The notes beneath the pieces were generated by a model. That model made no database searches. It was not told the DNA's origin and saw only the letters and a program-made list of their open reading frames with translations. The translations under genes and the position numbers were made by a program. A stretch of DNA of 64,000 nucleotides from Octopus vulgaris (lineage: Eukaryota), in contig OX597817.1 of NCBI GenBank assembly GCA_951406725.2, forward strand, positions 15,934,001-15,998,000, given 5' to 3'. Below are positions 53,429 to 64,000 of the stretch, one piece after another. Each line of letters begins with the position of its first letter. The first letter of the stretch is position 1.

Positions 53429-53893
53429 GAGTGAGAGAGCAGTGCCTGCCATCAAAGTGACACTGGGGTTAAATATACGAAGCCCAGTATACTCATCATG
53501 ACTACACGTCTGATAAGGGTACACTAGGTACATGCATCACAACCATATGTGCGTAACATGGTGACCTCATACCAAGATAAACAGCACATGACCTTGCAGG
53601 TGGGGCCCAGTTAGAATTTTCTTCTGGTCGAGTAACCCATCCCACCCAAAAGGTCCCTGAATAAGGGTTGTTTGAGGATGTTGAACGAAACAGCCATGTT
53701 TCCAGAGGTGAATTATTCAAACCCCAAAGAATCCCTCTCAACACATGGCTATGATGCTCTCCCACTACTTCTGCTCGTGATCAGAGATGCACATATCATC
53801 AGCCACCAAGGGACATGCTCAACTGGTTAACGTCAAACAACTGACAAACAAATCTGTGGTATTTGCTGTAGCCCATCATTTTATACCAAGACA
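53428..53893 (-). mobile_element. Unclassified non-coding repeat embedded in (TTA)n, copy 1
   Basis: Closely matches 54637-55190. Confidence 0.7.
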
Positions 53894-53974
<81 letters not shown>

Positions 53975-53977
<3 letters not shown>

Positions 53978-54200
53978 GCAAGCTGGCAGAATCAGTAGCA
54001 TGTTGGATGAAATGCTTACCAGTACTTTGCCTATTGCTACATTCTGAGTTCAAATTCCACTGAGGATGACTTTGCCTTTCATCCTTTTGAGGTCGATAAA
54101 TTAAGTACCAGTTGAGTACTGAGGTTGATGTGATCAATTAGTCCCCTACCTGCAAATTTCAGGCTTTGCACCTATAGTAGAAAGGATTATTATTATTATT
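53975..54200 (+). mobile_element. SINE family B
   Basis: Match to 1134-1357; partial copy also at 55215-55384. Confidence 0.75.
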
Positions 54201-54636
54201 ATTGTAATTTTTCTTCTCAGAACATTTGGTCTTGTTCACTCTGGTTTATTATGTGAGAGCAGATAATATCCTGGTACCAGAGGTCTTGATTGTTAGTTAT
54301 TGTGGAAGACATTCAACATTCAAGTACCAATCTCAAAATTCTAGCTGTCCCGAGCAGATCAGTTTTTTGTGCTTAATGGCCTACTCTAAGCATGTGCTTG
54401 TAGACAAAGTGGAGAGGGTGCTTACACTGGTGGTCAGGATTGTTGTAGATTCGTGAGGTTTCCATGAGCAGTCCTAGGAGGTCTCCCACTTTTTGGGAAT
54501 TTTCTTGTTATAATCAAATATTTTTCATTGTTTACTCGACTTTCATGTAACTCCAAATTCTATTCGTCTTGTGCTGTCCACATTTCTTTTAATGTAAGCC
54601 CTTACTGGTTAATAAAGAAATTATATTATTATTATT

Positions 54637-55190
54637 AAGTGAGAGAGCAGTGCATGCCATCAAAGTGACACTGGGGTAAAATATACAAAGCCCAGTATAC
54701 CCATCGTGACTACCCGTTTGATAAGGGTAGACCAGACACATGCATCACAACCATATGTGCGCGACATGGTGATCTCATATCAAGATAAACAATGCATGAT
54801 CTTGCAGGTGGGGCCCAGCTTAAATTTTCTTCATGTTGAGTAGCCCATCCTGCTCAAATGGTCTTTGAATAAGGGTTGTTTAAGGATGTTGAATGAAATA
54901 CCCATGTTTCCAGAGGTGAATTATTCAAACCCCAAAGAATTCTTCTGAACACATGGCTATGGTGCTCCCCCACTACTTCTGCTCGTGATCAGAGATGCAT
55001 ATATCATTAGCCACCAAGGGACATGCTCAACTGGTTAAGTTCAAACAACTGATAAGCAAATCTGTTGTATTGAGCAGAATATTTGCTGTAGCCTATCTTT
55101 TATACCAAAACAAAACATGTACATGATAACACTTGCAATCAGTTAAGATCAGAAGCCATGAAAACCACTGCCTGGTACTGCATTAGGACA
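54637..55190 (-). mobile_element. Unclassified non-coding repeat embedded in (TTA)n, copy 2
   Basis: Closely matches 53428-53893. Confidence 0.7.
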
Positions 55191-55384
55191 TTTTTTATTA
55201 TTATTATTATTATTAGCAGCATTTTGTCCATCTTTACATTCAGAGTTCAAATTCTACCAAGGTCAACTTTGCCTTTTATCCTTTCGGGGTTGATAAAATA
55301 AGTACCAGTTATGCACTGGGATCAATGTAATGAACTTGCCACCTTCGGCAAAATTTCAGGCATTGTGCCTTAAGTAGAAAGGAT

Positions 55385-55908
55385 TTCGGTGGACAAGGTT
55401 GAAAAGCATGAGGACAGATACATTCCTCTTTGGTAGAGCTCTCATTGACTTCTTTAAGTTTCTCTTGGGAAGGAAATTGAAAGTGGAGAGAGAATTACTG
55501 TCCTAAAAGTGAGTTTATTGAAAGGTGGGTGAAAGTTGTAAAAATGGCAAGAGTGGTTGGTGCCTCTCTAAGTGTAGACCTGTGAGTCAGAGAGAAGGAA
55601 TTGGAGAGGGCCCTTGCTCTTTGGGTTTCAAGGAAATCTTGGACAGTGGGGTTCCTCAATTACCCCTGGACACTTTCCTGTATCAGGAGGGCCACATCTC
55701 TACCACCATCCTCCCCACCACTTTTCTGTTTTAACCTTTGTATGCTATGCATATGTCCCTTCTTTTTCACTCTATACCGTGTATACTTAATCTCTTACCT
55801 TTTCTTTTTATTTTCTATCATTTCACTATATGTAAACCCCCACACCTTATATATGTCTTTGCATTGTCTCCCCCCCTCATCCTTCGCCCTTGTGGCAAAT
55901 AAATAAAA
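55385..55908 (+). mobile_element. Possible Tx1/L1-like LINE 3' end
   Basis: FIERWVKV-like ORF end, pyrimidine-rich UTR, AATAAA running into (TTA)n. Confidence 0.4.
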
Positions 55909-55914
55909 TCATTA

Positions 55915-55946
<32 letters not shown>

Positions 55947-56539
55947 CGTTAATTTATTCATTCACTCATCAATAGTGTATAAAGTAACGGGGAAATATTG
56001 CAGAGGTGAACATTAATCTATAAATCAATGAAGCTTAAACTTTTTCATCTTTTTTTTTTAATTTTAATTTTTTTTAATCTTTTAATCATAAGATGTGAAC
56101 GGTTATTAAATGTAGCGACAAATAGGTTCATTCCATTTCGATACCAACAGAGTAAAACATGCAGGCTGGTAGAGTGTATCGTGCAAAAGACTCATTTTTA
56201 CCATTCCCGCAACACCTTCCTTTACCGCCACATACACACGACACGTGAAAAACAAGTGCTTTAATAGAAAATTACTGTACACGAATCTGTATGTATGTAT
56301 GTATGTATGTAAACATGCATGCAAGACTAAAAAAAAAATGTTTGGAGCAGCTGATATTTTACGATTCTCTTAAAAATATTAACGTTTGTTCGTCAGTCAG
56401 ATATTTTTGCCATTTTTACAAACAATCATTTTTCGAAATGTGTTCTATTGTTTATCGAATGTCTACCATAATTTATAAACATTACCAAACTGCGTAGATA
56501 ATGCTGATGTTGTATATATTAAATAAATTATCTGATAAA

Positions 56540-56574
56540 AGTGATAGATAGATGGATAGATAGATAGATGGATG

Positions 56575-56633
<59 letters not shown>

Positions 56634-57028
56634 GGATAGATGGATGGATGGATGGATGGATGGATGGATGGATATGTTTCTTTATTAGCCACACAGGGCT
56701 GCACACAGACAGGACAAAATTACAAGGTAGAGCTTTTCTTTTGGGGGTAAAAGAAGGGGATTTGGTTTTCGATCAAAAGGGATCGTAAATGGAAAGAAAG
56801 AGGACAAAATAAGGGGGGGATGTAATTTTTTAAAAAATAGATAGATAGATAGATATGTTTCTTTATTAGCCACACAGGGCTGCACACAGATAGAACAAAT
56901 TACAAGGTAGAGCTTTTCTTTTGAAGGTTTAAAAAAAAAAAAAAAAAAAAAGGAAGGGGGAGTTTCGTAAAAGGAGAGAAAGAGGACAAAAAAAAGGGGG
57001 GTTAAAAAAAAGGGGGAGAGGAAAAAAA

Positions 57029-57090
<62 letters not shown>

Positions 57091-57170
57091 GGATGGATGG
57101 ATGGATAGAGAGATAGATGGATAGATAGATAGATAAATAGATAGATGGATAGATAGATGGATGGATAGAC

Positions 57171-57238
<68 letters not shown>

Positions 57239-57291
57239 GAATAGACAGATAGATAGACAGATAGATAGATAGATAAATAGATAGATGGATG

Positions 57292-57361
<70 letters not shown>

Positions 57362-57362
57362 G

Positions 57363-57401
<39 letters not shown>

Positions 57402-57422
57402 CAGATAGATAGACAGATAGAT

Positions 57423-57490
<68 letters not shown>
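56540..57490. repeat. (GATA)n/(GA)n tract with two tandem ~180-bp retroelement 3' ends (56674-57030, minus strand)
   Basis: ATGTTTCTTTATTAGCCACACAGGGCTGCACACAGA occurs twice. Confidence 0.8.
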
Positions 57491-57494
<4 letters not shown>

Positions 57495-58314
57495 ACAGAT
57501 TGAATTGATAGATGGGTTAGTGTCTTTATGTATACAGGTATTTATGCACGAGCCGTACATTTCAACAACCACAGCTAAGAATTTAATGTGTGAAAGTCAA
57601 TAAAATTCTCTCACAATATTGGTTTCTCTATTGTTTGTGGTTGTGTGTTGGTGCAATTTTTGATATATTGAGACAGAGAAATACAGTTATGTCATAGCTT
57701 GTGAAATGAAATGAAATGAAATGAGAGAGAGAGGGGGAGAGAGGGGGTGGTGTACGCGCGCACACACAGGCACGCGATTATAAAATTATTTTTAGTTGTG
57801 ATTTCAGCAGCTGATTATTTGTTCGTTTTGTACAACCGACGTAAACATTGATCCTCCAAATATTCCTTATAAAGATTATATTTTTTTAATGTGTTCTTTG
57901 TTTCTTTTATGCCTTTCAACGTGTGTGTGTGTGTGTGTGTGTACAAATTTAGGCATATACGTATAAACGTTGATAGGTGCTGCAATGTATGTATAATCTA
58001 TAATCATACATACATGGATGCTTTTGTGATGTGTGTTTGTGTGCTTTAAGTGTGTGCATATGCGTACATGTATATTGGTATGCATGTATGTATTTTCATA
58101 TATTCGAACACGCGCACATGCAAACACAAATACATGTGTGCACGTATTTACATATACGCATATATATACTAGTATACAAAAACGCAGACACACTCACACA
58201 TACAAAAACACTAGAGCATCGGATAAAATGCTTCGCAGCATTTGTTCCGTTCTTTACATTCTGGGTTCAAATCTAAGTTGAATATACAAATGACGTTTTC
58301 TCTCCACATCCCTC

Positions 58315-58390
<76 letters not shown>

Positions 58391-58858
58391 CTGAGAATCG
58401 TCTGCGCTGCGAGAAGGGATTTAGGGACCACTCGTCGTAAACCGTTATTTCCAAAACAACAACTTTCACAGTATTGTAGGTAGTGAAAGAATGTGGACTC
58501 TGGTGTTTAGACAAGGAATGACACGCGATAATGGTGAAGACGACTGATGACATATGTGCGCGCGTGTATGTGTGTGCGTGCGGTATAAAGATAGATATAC
58601 ACTCATACATATATACATGCACAGTACATGTGTATGCGTATGCACACAAACGTACACACATGGGTATATGTTCGATACATATATAGATGTGCTTGCATGT
58701 ATGTTTTTTTTTTTTGTGTGTGCATAGATATATTGAGATGTGTATGTTTATACACATGTATATACATGAGTATATATATATATATATATACAGAGAGAGA
58801 GGTGGGAGAGCGAGATACATATGCATGCACGCGCACACAAGTACATATGTTCCTATAC

Positions 58859-58946
<88 letters not shown>

Positions 58947-58947
58947 A

Positions 58948-59058
<111 letters not shown>

Positions 59059-59175
59059 TGAAAGTAGATAGGTATATGCTTACAAAAACAGGTGTGTATG
59101 GATGAATATATATATATGCATACACACATAAACATGAATGTATTGAAGAGTATGTGTGCTTTTATATATATATAT

Positions 59176-59210
<35 letters not shown>

Positions 59211-60196
59211 AAAGCACACATACTCTTTTTTTTTTTTATCTAGTCCTTTTTTGGTGGGGAGGGTCTTAAAAATACCACGAACGTCCAATCTGTTAACAAA
59301 TATGATTAATGCAATGCCTTTATCAATATGATACATTTTCAAAAATTTGCGTGTAGAGAAACGGCAGGAAGAACAAGATGATTATTTGGGAAAATGATGA
59401 ATGTTTAAAATGTGAAATAGTATTAATTTCGTGCATTTGTATGAAATAGAGAATAGTGAATGGTGATATTTTGAATAGAGTCGTAACATACCAGCCCGGT
59501 GCTCGATACGTATCCAGATTCTAAGAAATGTGTTTCATATTCGTAAATGCGTATCAATATATATACATATATATCCTCCTAAATGAATTGGTTGGTTGTT
59601 TTGTTTTTTACTTATCTTTCCTTTCTTTTCTTTTTCTTTTTTCCCATCTATTATGGTTTTATTTTTCACACGCTCTTATTCGACTGTAGTTCTCTTTTCT
59701 TGTGCAGTGCAACATTACATATCTGCACATTATTCCGACAGGCAAGCGAAAATTGGCAAGGAGGTTTTGAGCGTAACGTTAAGAAAGAGAAGGAAAATAA
59801 ATCGAAAAATAGAGTAGGGACAATAAACGCGACAAAGGAATTGGTACGCATAGAAAAAGAGGAATGGTACGCGGAATGTTTTTAAATTTATCATGCGAAA
59901 TTATAAGAGTACATATAGACAGGAGGAAGAATAAATATAATTGGAAAATTTTTTTGAAGACAGAAACATATCTTCCGCTATCTTACTCGTTAATCAAAAA
60001 TATTCGAAAGCAAGGAAATAATTTCAAAAACTGTTATTTTGAAATTCATAAAATTATTTTCAAGTTGAATAAATATTAGGCTTGAAATAATAAATTAATA
60101 AATAACAAGTAAATTGTGTACAGGAACTATTTAAATTAATACAGGCATTTAATATGATATACGTAAAAATCGTTTATTATATTTAGATACATATGC

Positions 60197-60244
<48 letters not shown>

Positions 60245-60810
60245 CGTGCGCGCTCGCGTGTATTTCATTTGAGTTATGTATGAAAACTGTACGTAATGCA
60301 CCAGAGAACATAATAAATTCATAATTTATATGTAACAATGTATATTTTAGTTATTTCGCTTTTCTCTGAAATAACAGCTCTATATATGATAATTTGACAG
60401 AAAGAGCGTCTATGGTTATGATTGCACCGGGTCTGAATATGCCAAACTAAGTCGAAATCACAACTCGAATGCTCTCCCCCTCTCTCTCTCTCTCTCTCGC
60501 TCTCCCTCTGGTCTATAACAGAATATATTTTTGGACAAGTCTTTAAATATAGAAATAATGCAAATTACCTTGCGGTGTTTCTTCCGACACTTTACATCCC
60601 GAGCTCGAATCGAACCGAAAACAACTTTATCTTTCATTACTTCCGAGGTTGATACTGGAGTTGACGGTAGCAACTAACCCAACCCCTTTCAAAAAAGTTA
60701 GCCATGTGTCTAAATGAGAAACAATTATATAGAAGTAACAATGGCGTGTGTTCTTGTGTGTTTATAGAGTAGTAATGTATCAAAAGTAATTGAATCTATA
60801 TCCAGTCATG

Positions 60811-60870
60811 GAGTGACCACTGGTTTCACATCCAGAAAGGCTTTAGCCTCGTGGATGTCTCGTCAGACTC
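60811..60870 (-). ncRNA. Type I hammerhead ribozyme
   Basis: GAGU-CUGACGA-G-ACAUCCA...UGGAUGU-GAAAC-CAGUG-GUC-ACUC. Confidence 0.75.
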
Positions 60871-61015
60871 TGAAGTCGAAGCTTCGGCTTTTAGAGTCTG
60901 ATGAGACGTCCACTTGTTAGAGAGACCATTGACCAATGGGTTTTGGAGTATGAAGAAATGCTCTAAAGCCAAACCCCATAGACCGGCCATATTTATACAT
61001 ACATACGTACATACA

Positions 61016-61046
<31 letters not shown>

Positions 61047-61096
61047 TCACATACATACAAGGCCAAAGAGGATATGGGCGTCGCTATATATATTAT

Positions 61097-61344
61097 ATGT
61101 AGAAAAATACAAACTGGGACAAGAACGTAAAACATTTAGAAGACGATACAAAAAAACACGAACGGGACATTCAGAGCCTTCAATCTTCAGTCAAGAACCG
61201 GATCATCCTCGCAATTTCGGCTCGGAATTGCGAGGATGATCCGGTTCTTGACTGAAGATTGAAGGCTTCGAATGTCACGTCCGTGTTTTTTGTATCGTCT
61301 TCTAAATGTTTCACGTTCTTGTCCCAGTTTGTATTTTTCTACAT
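61097..61344. repeat. Fold-back inverted repeat (~122-bp arms)
   Basis: Arms reverse-complementary about 61221; contains CTGAAGA but no clean HHR. Confidence 0.9.
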
Positions 61345-61373
61345 ACATACATACAGACAGACAGACACACACA

Positions 61374-61404
<31 letters not shown>

Positions 61405-61705
61405 AAAAGGGGTAGGAACCCCCTTTAGCCATGAATGACCATAGGATTGCACCTTGAAAGTTCTCTTCCGAGGCACAAGTCCGGGCAAGATTGTTCACGG
61501 AAGACAGCAGTCATCCATGTATACCAGTCTCCCCTTTCCACGCCACCGATGATATCCAAATGGAAGGCAGAGGCCGATACGTCACAACTCATTTCTATAA
61601 CTGATTGAACTGGAGTAAGGTGAAATAAAGTGACTTGCTCACACAGCCCCGTCTGGGAATCGAACTTACTACCTCATGATTGAGCCCCATACACTGCGCC
61701 TTCAG
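61405..61705 (-). mobile_element. SINE family C (tRNA-like head)
   Basis: B-box GTTCGATTCCC on minus strand; tail shared with 38236-38608. Confidence 0.65.
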
Positions 61706-61789
61706 ATCCATACATACATACATACATACATACATACATACATACATACATACATACATACATACATACAATGTATTTGCAGTACTAGC

Positions 61790-62900
61790 GTTGATCCCAA
61801 CATTTGGGATACTTGGTTGGTCTGTAGAGGAAATCCACTCCATATATATCAAAAACCAGCAAAATCTTGGTAACAACTGGGAAATTCCACAGAAACAGTG
61901 ATGTTGACAGGCTCTACCTAAGAAGAAATGGAAATGGTAGAGGCCTAAGATCAGAGCAGACGGCCTTCGGATGCCATAAGGTATCACTCAGGCAACACCT
62001 GCTAAACAACAGCAGAAAAATAAGTATATAAATGCAGTGGTGAAAAGTGAAGCGAGCAATATTGTACAAGTTGGCTGTAAACTCCTCAAGAAACACTCTC
62101 TTCCTGATGATCTCCTATACAGCCCCAAAACAGCTGGGCTCTGTTTCCTCAGAGAAGACCTAGATGGAAACCAGTCAGCACACATAAAAAACACTATGCA
62201 TGGGTATGTTGCCCAGAAGCTTGAAGACAGAAGAATTGCCACGAAGCGCATCCTCTCTTGGACACAAGACCACAACATTACATCACACTTTGAAGGCTAT
62301 GCGTTTGCAATCCAGGAACAGGAGATTGCCACAAAGTACCTGGTGAACAAGAGACGGTGACGCTCTTGTAATCCCAAGGCTGACCGCATGTGTAGGCTAT
62401 GTCATGTTTCTGTGGAAGACATCACGCATGTGGTTAGCAGCTATACTAAAATGTCGTCACAGTACTACCTCCCTGTGCAGCACAATGTTGTTGCTAAAAC
62501 AATTTACAAAGCCATCAGCAAAATAAGACTGTCCTGTTATGAAATACATTCATAAACACCATTTCAAGGAATACTGGTAGAATATTCCCATTCAAACTTG
62601 TCAAATTTTAACATAACAGGCCGGATATTGATATTTAGGATGGATGTCAGCTCACTGCAGATATAAATATCTCTTTGAAAATCAAAGAAAAAGAGGATAT
62701 CTTTGGACAACTGATTCGAAATCTCTAACATCTATATCCAGACTATGAATTCATATTCATACCAATAATAATTGGAACACTGGGTTTTGTTAATACATGC
62801 TAAAAAGAGAATATGGATAAACTGTGATTTTCAGAGAGAGAAACTGACCAGCTGATTCGTACATTACAAGTGCAATTACAAGTGCTAAACTGTTCTTAAG
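61790..62900 (+). mobile_element. R4-like LINE remnant
   Basis: HGY...FEGYAFAIQEQEIATKY, CRLCH...DITHVVS, HNRPDI. Confidence 0.75.
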
Positions 62901-63040
62901 TTCCAAATGTGAATTTGTCTGTGTTAACTACACCCCAATGATGGAGCCTTGTATCTTTGTTAGAAACCGGTTCCCTCCTCAGTGGAAGATTTATAATAAT
63001 TAAAAAATAGAAGAGAGTACATACATGTATATATATACAT

Positions 63041-63080
<40 letters not shown>

Positions 63081-63114
63081 ATTTTTTTTTCTCTCCGTGT
63101 TTCTTTTCTGTGTA

Positions 63115-63152
63115 TCTTTCTGTTGAAGAGCGTAGGCTCGAAACGTAAAAGA
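63115..63152 (+). ncRNA. Ultra-minimal hammerhead-like motif (A6-to-U variant)
   Basis: UCUUU-CUGUUGA-A-GAGC-GUAG-GCUC-GAA-ACGU-A-AAAGA. Confidence 0.55.
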
Positions 63153-63248
63153 CTTGTTTTATTTATATTCCTGAGCGCCATACTAATACAATTGTTTGTT
63201 TGTACTCCACCTGCCTTCGTCTTTTGTTTATTTTCATAAAGCTTCCCG

Positions 63249-63313
<65 letters not shown>

Positions 63314-63426
63314 CATGCATGCATACATACATACATACATACATACATACATACATACATACATACATACATACATACATACATACATACATACATACAT
63401 ACATACATACAAACATATATGCATTG

Positions 63427-63582
63427 TATTTGGTAATAAATCCAATCTGGAACATGGAGCTTCATCAGAGTGAAGAAAAATACATACATAAAAGAAAAGA
63501 AGAAGAGCCCTTTTCTTTTATGTATATACTTTTCTTCACTTTGATTAAGCTCCATGTTCAAGATCGGATTTATTACCAAATA
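63427..63582. repeat. Fold-back inverted repeat carrying the 5' half of an HHR
   Basis: ~70-bp arms; CTGATGA on the minus strand at 63462-63468. Confidence 0.85.
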
Positions 63583-63708
63583 TGATGAATATTATCTTTA
63601 AAATATCAATGGCAATACCATATAACATTGGAAGTAGAAACAACTGTTAGATAGGATACAGTCTGTTTGTATTGAATTAAAACATAATAATTGATGAAAG
63701 TCAATTGT

Positions 63709-63750
<42 letters not shown>

Positions 63751-64000
63751 GCGGAGTCTTTTTTTTTATATATATATATATATTAATAAAACGGTAAGAT
63801 AACAAAAGAAAGAAAGAGACCTCAATATTATGTAAATAGAGGAAATTTATCTATACAATATGTTACATTACTCGGTAGTCAAGATAAAACTCTGAGTTTC
63901 AGATGCCGAAGTGGAAATCCACAACACCATCTCTTCGGTTATCTGGCTATTTGAAAACGTTATGAAAAAATACCGTTAAATAAAGGGAAATTACTCTGTT

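Noticed and set aside
59741-59870. Possible plus-strand exon (ASENWQGGFERNVKKEK...)
   Set aside because: Weak splice signals, low-complexity purine-rich peptide, no recognisable domain
61245-61280. CTGAAGA...GAA hammerhead in the fold-back arms
   Set aside because: Stem II short and no A15.1-U16.1 pair or stem I partner; recorded only as an inverted repeat

Overview
AT-rich eukaryotic DNA made almost entirely of transposon debris and microsatellites. Repeat style suggests an octopus/cephalopod, but this is inference. No intact multi-exon gene is visible; one convincing minus-strand exon (19760-19849) encodes a type II signal-anchor N-terminus. Most ORF-track entries are translated microsatellites. 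Mobile elements seen: RTE, CR1, R4/Dong-like and Tx1-like LINEs, several tRNA-derived SINE families, Tc1, mariner, DD37D maT, hAT, a piggyBac-like MITE, non-autonomous Helitrons, a deleted Gypsy element and several Penelope-like elements (PLEs). The main signal is non-coding: about 13 complete or near-complete minimal type I hammerhead ribozyme (HHR) motifs plus half-motifs. These include a near-identical 533-nt tandem HHR array with an inverted head (21876-23553, retrozyme/pLTR-like), unusual core variants (G3:C8 swap; a 38-nt A6-to-U form) and fold-back hairpin insertions built from HHR-bearing sequence. The RTE family also appears to carry a PHD finger inside its RT domain. All motifs were read by eye; no folding, alignment or database search was run.
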